From positions 2,724 through 66,723 of the forward strand of contig CALVNY010000004.1 in the NCBI GenBank assembly GCA_944350085.1: a DNA stretch of 64,000 nucleotides, in the 5' to 3' direction. This DNA comes from an uncultured Clostridia bacterium (lineage in GTDB: Bacteria; Bacillota; Clostridia; Christensenellales; UBA1242). Below are positions 44,883-54,332 of this stretch, piece after piece. The first letter of the stretch is position 1. Each line of letters begins with the position of its first letter. Under the pieces are notes generated by a model, which did no database searches, had not been told where the DNA came from, and worked only from the letters and a program-made list of their open reading frames with translations. The translations under genes and the position numbers were made by a program.

Positions 44883-45464
44883 TTAATATTTAATTTCAAC
44901 ATCTATTAAGCCTTTGCTTTCAAGAACATTTTGCAAACTTGTTTTAACTTCATTAAAACTTTGTTCAGTTTTATCGTTTATTGATGCTAAAACTGCAAGC
45001 GTTATTGATGAGTTTGATTGAAGTGCATTTTCGTTTTGTAAATAATTAATTACTTTTGTTATTGCATCAGTTAAATTATTTGCATTTTGTAGTGTATAAA
45101 CAAAATCATTGTGCAAAATACTAATTGACAAAACATTGTTTAAATTGCTCGTTACAATGTTTGCCGTGTAATCTTCCACACCAATAGTTGTAGTTATGGT
45201 GTATTCTTCATTAGTTGCATCAGGTGTTAAAACATTATTTGACTTAACACCCGGCAAAAAGAAACCAATCCCAATTACAAGTATTGCACACATTACTAAC
45301 GACAAATACAAATATCTAAATTGAAAATATGGTTTTTTGTCGGGGCTTGTTTCTTTTTTAAATTCTTCAACTTTAACAGGAGTACTTAAAACTTTTGACA
45401 AAACATCTGGAACATTTTGCTCTATTTCAGTTTTCAACATTTGTTTGATATCTTTTTTCTTCAT
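44883..45464 (-). CDS. single-pass membrane protein, putative anti-sigma factor (assigned by position)
   Basis: Lies 3 nt downstream of the sigma gene. Cytoplasmic N-terminus, one TM helix (LYLSLVMCAILVIGIGFFL), and an extracytoplasmic C-terminal domain. No HxxxCxxC zinc motif. Confidence 0.4.
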   Translation of the reverse strand: MKKKDIKQMLKTEIEQNVPDVLSKVLSTPVKVEEFKKETSPDKKPYFQFRYLYLSLVMCAILVIGIGFFLPGVKSNNVLTPDATNEEYTITTTIGVEDYTANIVTSNLNNVLSISILHNDFVYTLQNANNLTDAITKVINYLQNENALQSNSSITLAVLASINDKTEQSFNEVKTSLQNVLESKGLIDVEIKY

Positions 45465-45467
45465 ATT

Positions 45468-46007
45468 TTAAACCTCCTTGTTTTTTATTGCTTTTTTTAA
45501 TTTTTTTAAAGAATTATTATAACTCCAAAGAATTGTTCCTAGTGGTTTTTTTAATATTTTAGCAATTTCCCTGTGTTTGTAACCACTCACAACATAAAGC
45601 ATAACAATTTCTAATTCTTCATTTGACAACACTTCTTTTGCAATTTTAAATATTGGCATTTCATTGAAACTTGCTTCGTTCTCCGATGATAACAAATACT
45701 CTTTTTCAGTAAAATCAGTTGAAGTAATTTTTGAGTTTTTGTTATATTCATTTAAACTCAAATTCCTTGCAATAGTTGTTATCCACGCATAACCGTTTGT
45801 TCCAATTTGGTAATAATTTATTTTTTCTCTAACTCTAATATAAGTGCTTTGCATAACATCTTCTGCAAGCCCTTTGTCTTTTAATATTGCCAAACAAGTT
45901 GAAAAAACTTTTGTTTTTGTAAGCAAATATATTGAAGCCAAAGCATCTATATTACCATTTTGCAGTTCTACTAAATAAGTGTTTATATCTACATAATCTT
46001 TTGGCAT
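45468..46007 (-). CDS. RNA polymerase sigma-70 family factor, ECF-like
   Basis: Region 2 is AEDVMQSTYIRVREKI...GYAWITTIARNLSLNEY. Region 4 is LYVVSGYKHREIAKILKKPLGTILWSYNNSLKKLKK. ATG 46007 is the likely start. The track ORF extends to 46058. Confidence 0.75.
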   Translation of the reverse strand: MPKDYVDINTYLVELQNGNIDALASIYLLTKTKVFSTCLAILKDKGLAEDVMQSTYIRVREKINYYQIGTNGYAWITTIARNLSLNEYNKNSKITSTDFTEKEYLLSSENEASFNEMPIFKIAKEVLSNEELEIVMLYVVSGYKHREIAKILKKPLGTILWSYNNSLKKLKKAIKNKEV

Positions 46008-46156
46008 ACCCTTATTCCTTTCGTAGATAATAATAACACAAATATAAATAATAGTCAAAAGTCACTTTAAATATATTTATAAATAAAACAGTTTACTTTT
46101 AATTTTTATTGGAAACAAAATGTTAATTTTTTTAAAATTTCAAATTAGATTAGGTA

Positions 46157-46185
46157 TTGACTAAGAATTATATTTGTTTTATAAT
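46157..46185 (+). promoter_or_regulatory. consensus-like sigma-70 promoter
   Basis: TTGACT, 17 nt, TATAAT, about 80 nt upstream of the 64-aa ORF. Confidence 0.5.
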
Positions 46186-46265
46186 ATAGTTGTAATTGTT
46201 AAATATAAATCAAAATTTTAGTATATAATTTTTATTTCCTAATAAAATATTAAGGGAGAACAACT

Positions 46266-46460
46266 ATGATAGAAAAAGTTTTAAATATAATGTTAATAGC
46301 ACTATTTGCAACATTTTGTATTGTTTTTGCAGTAAAAACTGTTTTAATTGATGTTGTTAAAAAAGAAAAAGATAATGAATGGGAACAAAGCAAAGATGAT
46401 GTTAACACTCGTTCAATTTCTAAAAACTACACTTTAACTATTGATAGTAGGTACGAATAA
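46266..46460 (+). CDS. small membrane protein (64 aa), unknown function
   Basis: AAGGGAGA RBS, one N-terminal TM helix, its own promoter and terminator. Confidence 0.5.
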   Translation: MIEKVLNIMLIALFATFCIVFAVKTVLIDVVKKEKDNEWEQSKDDVNTRSISKNYTLTIDSRYE

Positions 46461-46480
46461 TAAAAATTTAATTTAAAAAC

Positions 46481-46512
46481 AAAAAAATCACTAGCAAATA
46501 GTGATTTTTTAT
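46481..46512 (+). terminator. terminator after the small ORF
   Basis: aaaaaaATCACTAgcaaaTAGTGATttttttatttttt. Confidence 0.75.
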
Positions 46513-46639
46513 TTTTTGATTTTTAACGCATATTTAAGTTGTTTAAAGCAAATTAGAAACCTTGTTAATATTTTTATTTTTGTGCTTGATATAATGCGTT
46601 TAATACTAACACTTTAAATTTTATTAATTTAAAATTTGT

Positions 46640-47434
46640 TTACCACAAATGGAACAAATATTCATTTAATAACACAAAAATTCCTATTATAACTAGATAG
46701 ATGCTAAAAATATAAAATTTTTGTTTTTTAACAAATTTAATCATAAATTTAACGGCAATTATTCCAAATAAAAATGCACACACAAACCCAACAAATAGTT
46801 GCATTATTGAAAACGAAAAAGTTGCACCCTTTAAATTAATAAGTTCATACAAAAAAGATGCTATTATAATTGGAATGCTCATTAAAAAACTAAACTTAGT
46901 TGCATCTTCCTTATTAACTTTTAACATTAATGCAGTTGAAATTGTGCTACCACTTCTGCTAATTCCTGGTACACACGCAATGCCTTGTACAACGCCAATA
47001 ACTATTGCTTTTTTGTAAGTAATATCCAAATTTAAAACATCGCTTTTTGTGTTAACATTTTTTTTGCTGAGTTGTTCGCTAATTAAAAGAACAAGTGCTG
47101 TAATGAAAAACCCCACAACAAAGAAATTTCCACCAAAGGCTTGCGTGATTAACTTTTCAAATATTAAAACCATAATTACAGTTGGAATTGTTGCAACAAC
47201 CAACAATTTGTTTGTTTTGCAAAAAGGATTTTTAATAAGAGCAACTATGTCGTTAAAATACACAAAAACAACAGCAAATAATGTTGCAAGATGAAGCACT
47301 ACGCTTAAAAATATTGTGTTTTGTTGAATATCAAAAATGTTGTATAGTAAAACTAAATGTCCACTAGAACTAATGGGCAAAAACTCCGAAACTCCTTGTA
47401 CAATTCCAATTAATGCAACAATTAAATAAATCAT
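46640..47434 (-). CDS. uppP: undecaprenyl-diphosphate phosphatase (UppP/BacA)
   Basis: GIVQGVSEFLPISSSGHL and GISRSGSTI motifs, 8 TM helices. Confidence 0.85.
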   Translation of the reverse strand: MIYLIVALIGIVQGVSEFLPISSSGHLVLLYNIFDIQQNTIFLSVVLHLATLFAVVFVYFNDIVALIKNPFCKTNKLLVVATIPTVIMVLIFEKLITQAFGGNFFVVGFFITALVLLISEQLSKKNVNTKSDVLNLDITYKKAIVIGVVQGIACVPGISRSGSTISTALMLKVNKEDATKFSFLMSIPIIIASFLYELINLKGATFSFSIMQLFVGFVCAFLFGIIAVKFMIKFVKKQKFYIFSIYLVIIGIFVLLNEYLFHLW

Positions 47435-47650
47435 TTTAACTCCTAGTTTAGTATATAATTTTTGCCTACTAATTATTACTTAAAACAAAAAAATAAATTT
47501 ATTTTACAACCAACACATAAAATTAAATGTGCGTTAAAGATATTGTTTACTTTAAATGGAAATAAATTGTTTTTTTTATTTTAATAATGTATACTATTTA
47601 CGAAAATTTGAAAAAGTACAAATATTAATTAATTATAAAGGATTTAAAAT

Positions 47651-48751
47651 ATGAAACTTGGAGTTGTTGGACTACCTAATGTTGGCAAAAGCACTTTGTT
47701 TAATGCTTTAACAAAAAATAATATACCTAGCGAAAATTATCCATTTTGCACAATTGAACCAAATGTTGGAATTGTTGCCGTTCCTGATGAAAGGCTTGAA
47801 GTTTTGGGCAAACTTTATAACACACAAAAAATAACCCCTGCCATTGTTGAATTTGTTGACATTGCAGGATTAGTTAAAGGGGCAAGCAAAGGCGAAGGAC
47901 TAGGGAACAAATTTTTAAGCCATATAAGAGAGGTTGATGCTATTGTGCATGTTGTTCGTTGCTTTGATGACGACAAAATTACTCATGTTGAAGGAAGCAT
48001 TAATCCCGTTCGTGATATTGAAGAAATAAATTTGGAACTTATTTTAAGCGATTTGGAAGCAGTAAATAGGCGTCTTGAAAGAGTTTCAAAACAAGTTAAG
48101 GTTGGCGACAAAACTGCCGTTTTAGAGTTGGCGCTTTTGCAAAAAATACAAACTTTGCTAGAAAACGAACAACCAGCCCGTGCTTACTTGCCACAAGATG
48201 ATGAAGAAAAAGAAATAATTAAAGGGTTTTTCTTAATAACTAGCAAACCTGTAATTTATTGTGCAAACATTAAAGAACTTGCTCCTAATATGATTGAAGA
48301 CAATATTGAATATGTTAAACAAGTTAAAGAATATGCAAAAAAAGAACAAAGCGAAGTTGTTGTTGTTTGTGCAAAAATTGAAGAAGAGTTGAGTAAATTA
48401 GACGATGAAGAAAAGGAACTATTTAAAGAAGAATTAGGAATAAAAAGTTTTGGGCTAGATAAATTGGTTGTTGCTGGATATAGAACACTTGGGCTTATAA
48501 GTTACTTAACTGCTGGCGAAAAGGAAGTTAGAGCGTGGACAATAACAAACGGCACAAAAGCCCCTGGAGCCGCAGGCAAAATCCACACAGATTTTGAAAA
48601 GGGGTTTATTAAAGCCGAAGTTGTAACTTACGAAGATTTGGTTCATTACGGAAGTTACCTAAAAGCAAAAGAAGCAGGCAAAGTTAGAATTGAAGGCAAA
48701 GATTATGTTGTTAAAGATGGCGACGTTATGCTATTTAGATTTAATGTTTAA
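47651..48751 (+). CDS. ychF: ribosome-binding ATPase YchF
   Basis: [38 protein letters not shown], and a TGS-like C-terminus ending [11 protein letters not shown]. Confidence 0.9.
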   Translation: MKLGVVGLPNVGKSTLFNALTKNNIPSENYPFCTIEPNVGIVAVPDERLEVLGKLYNTQKITPAIVEFVDIAGLVKGASKGEGLGNKFLSHIREVDAIVHVVRCFDDDKITHVEGSINPVRDIEEINLELILSDLEAVNRRLERVSKQVKVGDKTAVLELALLQKIQTLLENEQPARAYLPQDDEEKEIIKGFFLITSKPVIYCANIKELAPNMIEDNIEYVKQVKEYAKKEQSEVVVVCAKIEEELSKLDDEEKELFKEELGIKSFGLDKLVVAGYRTLGLISYLTAGEKEVRAWTITNGTKAPGAAGKIHTDFEKGFIKAEVVTYEDLVHYGSYLKAKEAGKVRIEGKDYVVKDGDVMLFRFNV

Positions 48752-48756
48752 TTAAT

Positions 48757-48786
48757 AAAAAAGGGAGTTTAAAACTCTCTTTTTAT
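48757..48786. terminator. bidirectional terminator
   Basis: aaaaAAGGGAGTTtaaAACTCTCTTtttt. Confidence 0.7.
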
Positions 48787-48834
48787 TTTCATAAGTTTTT
48801 TATTAAATATTTTTTTATACTTAATTATTTTTTA

Positions 48835-49716
48835 TTATCCTATAACTTCATATTTATATTTTTTCTTACATTTAGATTTAATAATGTTTTTTAATCTTTT
48901 AAAATCTGCAACAAAATTTTTATAATCAAAAATTAAACTTATTAAAAATACAACAGGTGTTACTAAAATAAATGCTGGGCATAGCAACCACAAAAGTGGC
49001 CAAAATTTTTCTTGCCCCGTGTATTCCCCAACAGGAATTGTTTTGAAAAAGTCTGGACAAAGTGCTGCTAAAAAATCGCCAATACTGCCATTTGGCCCCC
49101 AAATCATAGAAGAATTTTTATAGTTTATGTTAAACATATCTTCCCCTCTAAGTGGAATAAAACCAAGTTCACTTTGCAAAATTTGATTTAGCATTACAAA
49201 CGACATAATTAACAACAAATACATTGGAACAAAAATTGCTCTTTTATAACTTAACTTATGTAATTTTAAAACCACCATCAAAAATGGAACGCTCCAAATA
49301 ATGTTGTGATGAATGTAAAACCTAACTATATCTATCCACTCGGCACTTTGATTTGTTTTAAGCATTGGCTCTTGTGGAAATAAAATTGAAGCCACCCCAC
49401 TTATTAAACCAATATAAAACATATAATCTTTTGCTTTTTTGCTTTTGCTTAAAAACATAAATGGAAATAGTGCAATGTTTGCACCACTTATATTTACAAA
49501 CCAACTATCTCTTAAAAATCTTGCATTGTCAGTTGAATATGGTGGATATAAAAATTTAAGAAAGTGAAGAATTAGTGCAAAAGCCAAAATTGAAAATAAC
49601 ACAATTTTTTTAGTTTTTTCACTTTTCCCCCTTAACAAAAAATATAGTCCTATCGTTGAACCAAAGCATAAAACTAAAAACAAAAAATACCAAAAGTTAA
49701 ACATCTTAATGTACAT
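48835..49716 (-). CDS. polytopic membrane protein, paralogue of the divergent neighbour (possibly YwaF/TMEM164-like)
   Basis: Seven to eight TM helices. Shares GKSEKTKKIVL and later blocks (IHHNIIW / ATHSLLL, LKLHKLSYKRAI / TLRFTQFEYKTIW) with ORF 49829-50590. Confidence 0.5.
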   Translation of the reverse strand: MYIKMFNFWYFLFLVLCFGSTIGLYFLLRGKSEKTKKIVLFSILAFALILHFLKFLYPPYSTDNARFLRDSWFVNISGANIALFPFMFLSKSKKAKDYMFYIGLISGVASILFPQEPMLKTNQSAEWIDIVRFYIHHNIIWSVPFLMVVLKLHKLSYKRAIFVPMYLLLIMSFVMLNQILQSELGFIPLRGEDMFNINYKNSSMIWGPNGSIGDFLAALCPDFFKTIPVGEYTGQEKFWPLLWLLCPAFILVTPVVFLISLIFDYKNFVADFKRLKNIIKSKCKKKYKYEVIG

Positions 49717-49828
49717 AATAATATCACCTAATTAATTTTTTAAATAAAAAACAAGACTTATTTGTTATAATAGTATATAATATTAAAAAATTAAAAACAA
49801 ACTATTATTTTAATTATTGGAGATTTTT

Positions 49829-50590
49829 ATGACATTTAAAGATTGGATTTATAGTAGTTACCCAAACCCTGCAATAAATGGGCAATGGGGATTGTTGCAC
49901 ATTATTACACTTATTTTGTGCATTGCTATAATTGTTGCTATTGCTTTTATATTTAAAAACAAAAGCGAAAAAACAAAGAAAATAGTTTTATGGGTGCTAG
50001 TTGGCTTTATATTGCTTTTTGAATTATCCAGAAGAATTATTAATTTTAGCAAGGCAACTGACTTAACTTTAAATAGTGCTTTATATTTGCTATTGCCAAG
50101 GCCATGGTGTGCTATTGCTTGTTGGACACTTATATTTGCAGCCATTGTAAACAAAAAATGGTTGTACAACTTTGCAAGTTATAGTGCTCTACTTTGTGCA
50201 TTAATATTTTTTGCATATCCAAGCGTTGGATTTAATAACAAATACATTTTATTTGAAAATCTTTATTCAATAGCAACACACTCTTTACTTTTAGTAACTT
50301 CAATTTCATTGATTACATTAAGATTTACTCAATTTGAATATAAAACAATTTGGAAAGATTTATTGTGTTTGTTGGTTGTGTTAATTTACACATTTATAGA
50401 AATTTATGTGTTGAAAATTGAAAGTGACCCAATGTATTTTATGCCAAACAATGAAGTTCAAGAAATATTAGGAGTAAGTTTCCCAATTTATCTTGTTATT
50501 TACATTGCATTTATGGTGGTGTACATAAATTTATTCTATTTAATAGATGATAGAAAATCTGTTAAAAGTGTTTTTAGAAAACAAAAATAG
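49829..50590 (+). CDS. polytopic membrane protein, paralogue of the divergent neighbour (possibly YwaF/TMEM164-like)
   Basis: See the paralogue at 48835-49716. ATG 49829 follows TTGGAG. The track start is TTG 49817. Confidence 0.5.
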   Translation: MTFKDWIYSSYPNPAINGQWGLLHIITLILCIAIIVAIAFIFKNKSEKTKKIVLWVLVGFILLFELSRRIINFSKATDLTLNSALYLLLPRPWCAIACWTLIFAAIVNKKWLYNFASYSALLCALIFFAYPSVGFNNKYILFENLYSIATHSLLLVTSISLITLRFTQFEYKTIWKDLLCLLVVLIYTFIEIYVLKIESDPMYFMPNNEVQEILGVSFPIYLVIYIAFMVVYINLFYLIDDRKSVKSVFRKQK

Positions 50591-50629
50591 TTTTTATTTT
50601 AATATTAATTGGTTTTTACTTTAATAAAC

Positions 50630-50661
50630 AAAAAAATTCTCTAATTAAAGAGAATTTTTTT
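50630..50661. terminator. bidirectional terminator
   Basis: AAAAAATTCTCT aattaa AGAGAATTTTTT, a perfect palindrome. Confidence 0.8.
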
Positions 50662-50662
50662 A

Positions 50663-51718
50663 TTACATATCATAACTATCATCAGTGTCTTCGCAATCAC
50701 TAAAATATGTGTCATCTTGGTCCATAACGTCGTAACTTTGTGATTTGCTACTGTGTGTTGAACTCTGTTCTGCTTGAAATTCTTTAATTGCTTCGTTTTC
50801 GCCATCTAATATGCCCGACTGAACACAGTAACTTATAACATTTGGTGTTGCACCCAAGTATCCCAAATATTGATAAACAGCATCAACTCCACTTTGCTCA
50901 ATTAAACTTTTAATTGATTCAACAGTTCCTTTTTCTTCAAAACTTAATTTAATTTTTTTTGCAATTTCTTTTTGTTTGTCTTGTTTGCTTAATTCTTCTA
51001 GGCAATTTTTTGCATATTGTTTTAATATTGGAGATGCACTAGTTAAAACAAAATCATACAAATTGTCGTAATTGTTCATTGCATCTTGAATTTCTGAGTA
51101 AATGTCTTTTGCACAAACAACTTCACATTTTTCAAGAACTTCTGGTTTAAAACAAGTTTCCATTCTTTCGCTAGTTCCATTATGTTTGTCATTATAAACG
51201 GAAGTTTTTCCAAAAGAAATTTTGTCATTATCTTCCCTTAAAACATTTTCTGGAAGCAAAATAATTGCAACCCCAGACATTGAAAATTCATCTTCACGCT
51301 CTAACCCATTTTGTGCTCTAGCATCATGAATTTGCTCAACTTTTTCTATTCTATCAATTAAATTTGCCCTTAAACCATTTGTTGTGTTTTTACCACTTTC
51401 AAACGAATCTAAGTTAAAGAAATACATCTTTTTGCCTTCAAAATCATTATTAGGGTCGTCGATGCCATAATCAACCACACTACCTAAATTTTCAACATCT
51501 TTTTCTTCAATTTGGTTTAATTCGGCAACTGAACATATTCTTGCTAAAATAAAATAATTTTTATTATCAAGGCTTTCATTTTTTAAAATATTGTCCACTT
51601 TGCTTGCCAAATATTCTGTTAAAAACTTTCTTGACATTTTGGGAGTAACTTTTTTTAATTTTTGTTCTAATCTATCTTGTATGTCTGCATTTAAATCATA
51701 ATTTAATTGATATTCCAT
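50663..51718 (-). CDS. acidic cytoplasmic protein (351 aa), unknown function
   Basis: No TM or signal peptide and no motif I recognise. Acidic Ser/Asp-rich C-terminal tail ending DDSYDM. GGAGAA RBS. Confidence 0.55.
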   Translation of the reverse strand: MEYQLNYDLNADIQDRLEQKLKKVTPKMSRKFLTEYLASKVDNILKNESLDNKNYFILARICSVAELNQIEEKDVENLGSVVDYGIDDPNNDFEGKKMYFFNLDSFESGKNTTNGLRANLIDRIEKVEQIHDARAQNGLEREDEFSMSGVAIILLPENVLREDNDKISFGKTSVYNDKHNGTSERMETCFKPEVLEKCEVVCAKDIYSEIQDAMNNYDNLYDFVLTSASPILKQYAKNCLEELSKQDKQKEIAKKIKLSFEEKGTVESIKSLIEQSGVDAVYQYLGYLGATPNVISYCVQSGILDGENEAIKEFQAEQSSTHSSKSQSYDVMDQDDTYFSDCEDTDDSYDM

Positions 51719-51801
51719 AATTTTCTCCTATAAAAAATTATTTACATCCATATTGCTTATTTTATTATATAATAAAATGTTTTTTAAGTCAATATTGGAA
51801 A

Positions 51802-52608
51802 CTAATGGTTAGCAACATCAAAAGTTAAAACAACAGGCAAGTGGTCACTATATTCTAAATCTAAAATTTCACAATCTAATGGTTTTATTCCTTTTGTGCT
51901 TATTATATAATCAATTCTATATTTATAAAAATTACGATTTAATGTGTTGTTTGTCGCCTTTCTGCTGTTGTAACTACGCCAAGTGTATTCAACTTTGTCT
52001 TTATATAAATTTCTAAAACAATCTACAAACCCTACATCTAAAATTTTTGAAAATGCTTCCCTTTCAATAGGCAAAAAAACAGATTTATTTTTGCACTCCT
52101 TGGGATTGGTTAAATCAATTTCATTGTGTGCAATATTAAAATCTCCCACACAAATAACATTAAAATCTTTTTCCAATTTTTTTAAATATTTTGTTAAGGC
52201 ATCTAAATATTGCATTTTAAAATCAAGCCTTGAATTGCCGTTTGGAATATATGCATTAACCACCACAAAATCATCAAAATAACATGTTGTTGTTCGGCCC
52301 TCAGCATCTTGCCAAAATTCTTCCATTGTGGTTTCAACTTTGTTTGGTTTTATTTTGCTTAAAATCATTGTTCCTGCATAACCTGCAACATTGCCTGTGT
52401 TATAAATTTTATAATATTTTTCACATTTTTCATTAGATTTTTCAAAAAGACTAACTTGTCCACAATCAAACAAACTTTTTGCAATTTGTTCGTTTGCCCT
52501 AACCTCTTGCAAACAATAAATATTTGCGTCAAAATCATTTAAAAAGTCCAACAACCCCAACTTAAAAGATGCTCTAATTCCGTTAACATTGTATGTAACT
52601 ATTTTCAT
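51802..52608 (-). CDS. xth: exodeoxyribonuclease III (AP endonuclease, Xth/ExoA family)
   Basis: MKIVTYNVNGIRA, CLQEV, GDFNIAHNEIDL, and C-terminal SDHLPV. ATG 52608 is better spaced from AAGGAA than ATG 52614. Confidence 0.85.
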   Translation of the reverse strand: MKIVTYNVNGIRASFKLGLLDFLNDFDANIYCLQEVRANEQIAKSLFDCGQVSLFEKSNEKCEKYYKIYNTGNVAGYAGTMILSKIKPNKVETTMEEFWQDAEGRTTTCYFDDFVVVNAYIPNGNSRLDFKMQYLDALTKYLKKLEKDFNVICVGDFNIAHNEIDLTNPKECKNKSVFLPIEREAFSKILDVGFVDCFRNLYKDKVEYTWRSYNSRKATNNTLNRNFYKYRIDYIISTKGIKPLDCEILDLEYSDHLPVVLTFDVANH

Positions 52609-52654
52609 ATTCATTTCCTTTTTATGGTTTATAACATTATAAGGTTAATACAAA

Positions 52655-52686
52655 ATAAAAAGCAATCAAAATATGATTGCTTTTTA
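52655..52686 (-). terminator. terminator closing the phosphoesterase / zinc-ribbon operon
   Basis: aaaaaGCAATCAaaataTGATTGCttttt, directly after the stop at 52692. Confidence 0.75.
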
Positions 52687-52691
52687 ATTTA

Positions 52692-52901
52692 TTAAAACTT
52701 TAACAATTCTTTTATTGCCTTTTGCACTGCCGGGTCGTGTGTTGAATTGGACAATTCTTGCAATTTTAAAAGCCCAGCATTTTGCAACCTAATTGCTTCT
52801 TTTTGTTTTGCAAGTTCGCTTAATGGTTCCCCACAATAAGGACAATAATTAAATTCTTCACTAATTTCTTGATTGCATTTTTTACAATTAAATTTTTCCA
52901 T
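52692..52901 (-). CDS. zinc-ribbon protein (69 aa)
   Basis: MEKFNCKKCNQEISEEFNYCPYCGEPL (CxxC-x10-CxxC), then a helical tail. ATG 52901 lies 5 nt after AAGGAGA. The track ORF extends to 52934. Confidence 0.65.
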   Translation of the reverse strand: MEKFNCKKCNQEISEEFNYCPYCGEPLSELAKQKEAIRLQNAGLLKLQELSNSTHDPAVQKAIKELLKF

Positions 52902-52917
52902 CTTTTTCTCCTTACAA

Positions 52918-54318
52918 CTACATATCACTGCCAAAATCTTCGCTTGGATTATTTGTTTCTAAATTTGCTTGTTCATTTGTTGTGTTTTTTGTTGACGATT
53001 CTTTTTCATCATCAACAATTTCTATATTTGGCATTATATCTACATTTGTTGGTTTTACTACTTCGGAATTTAATCTTATGTACTTATTTTTAAAATACTG
53101 AACTGTTTTAACAGGGTCGGCACTTTTTGTTTTTGAAGTAATTGAGTTTAACTCATTTTCAATATTTTCTTTTATTTGTTCTTTTATATATTGTTGCCTT
53201 TTAAATTCATCATACACATCTTTTTCTAACTGATAAATTGGTGGCATATTATGGCCTTCAATTACAGTTAGTTCATGGCTTTTAGGCATTCTAATTGAAA
53301 AGCAATTATAATGCTTTGGACTAAGCACTGGAAACTTCTTTTGTGCAATAGTAATATATGTGCTTTCACCAGAAACATAATATGTTCTTGGACCTTTTTT
53401 ACCTGCAACGTTTGTGTTTGTTACAAACACAACATCTGCACTATTTGCTCCACTATTTAACTTAACAGCATTTACTGATTGTTGACCTTCCCTTGCTTTG
53501 CTCAAACTATTATTAGTTAAAAATCCAATAGTTGAATATCTTCTGTTGTTGCCCTTAGTTATTTTTGCAACATTTACAATAGTATTAACGCCTTTTATTA
53601 AATGCAACCTTGGATTGTTTATATCTTTAACAATAGTTCCTAAAACATCAACTTTAAAATATTTGTTAATCTTTTCTTCTTGTGCACCATTTAACAAATA
53701 AACATCAATATTGTGTGCCAAGGCAAACTTAATATCTCTTTTTAAAACTTTAACTTTTTCACCTAATGCAAAGAAAAGTGCTTTTCTAACTTCTGTTGGC
53801 GAATGCATATCATCAACTTTGTCTGCACCCATTACGTCGGTTGCAACACTTTTTAATTCTTGCAAAGTACTTTGGCTTATTATTTTTGCATTGTTAAGCC
53901 TTTTTAATTCCCACTCTGTTCCAAGCAAATCGCCACCATACACAACGCAAACTTTATTTTCGTTTGGATTTGCTTTGTTTATGTTTATGGTTAAGTTCTT
54001 TTTAAAAGATTTGTCTTCTTCGCCATAAAGTGGGTTGCCCATATCACGAATATTTAATTGATTTCTAAAAATTAAATTTAATGCTTTTTGATTTTCTTCA
54101 ATAATAATTGTTTCATCACTTATTGGGCTTGTTGTCCTACTTTTTGTTGCATCAAAATAGTCTTGAGTAGTTGGTTTTTTAAGGTCCTTAACTTCTTCCC
54201 CCGTTGCCCAATTAACATTATTTCTTAAATCGCTTGTAAAGTCTTCACCACTTTCACGAATAAATTTGTCAATAACTTCTTGTCCCTTGCTTGGTGTTTG
54301 ATTTTTTCTTTGTGCCAT
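52918..54318 (-). CDS. metallophosphoesterase-like pseudoenzyme (all metal-ligand motifs substituted), paralogue of the upstream gene
   Basis: Aligns by eye to ORF 54333-55589 with a constant offset of 70-75 aa. AGDVHDG becomes GGDLLG, PGGDVFN becomes MGADKV, DGNHDG becomes NGAQEE, FHCAG becomes FLTNN, and GGHFH becomes VTNTN. ATG 54318 follows AAGGGGTGA. Acidic tail ends FGSDM. Confidence 0.5.
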   Translation of the reverse strand: MAQRKNQTPSKGQEVIDKFIRESGEDFTSDLRNNVNWATGEEVKDLKKPTTQDYFDATKSRTTSPISDETIIIEENQKALNLIFRNQLNIRDMGNPLYGEEDKSFKKNLTININKANPNENKVCVVYGGDLLGTEWELKRLNNAKIISQSTLQELKSVATDVMGADKVDDMHSPTEVRKALFFALGEKVKVLKRDIKFALAHNIDVYLLNGAQEEKINKYFKVDVLGTIVKDINNPRLHLIKGVNTIVNVAKITKGNNRRYSTIGFLTNNSLSKAREGQQSVNAVKLNSGANSADVVFVTNTNVAGKKGPRTYYVSGESTYITIAQKKFPVLSPKHYNCFSIRMPKSHELTVIEGHNMPPIYQLEKDVYDEFKRQQYIKEQIKENIENELNSITSKTKSADPVKTVQYFKNKYIRLNSEVVKPTNVDIMPNIEIVDDEKESSTKNTTNEQANLETNNPSEDFGSDM

Positions 54319-54332
54319 ATAATTCACCCCTT

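Noticed and set aside
46226-46243. Identical 17-mer TTTAGTATATAATTTTT at 46226-46243 and 47446-47463, flanking the uppP / small-ORF region.
   Set aside because: A rough estimate for a sequence this AT-rich predicts a few such 17-mer coincidences in 64 kb. Both copies look like ordinary -10-type A/T sequence, so they are probably chance.
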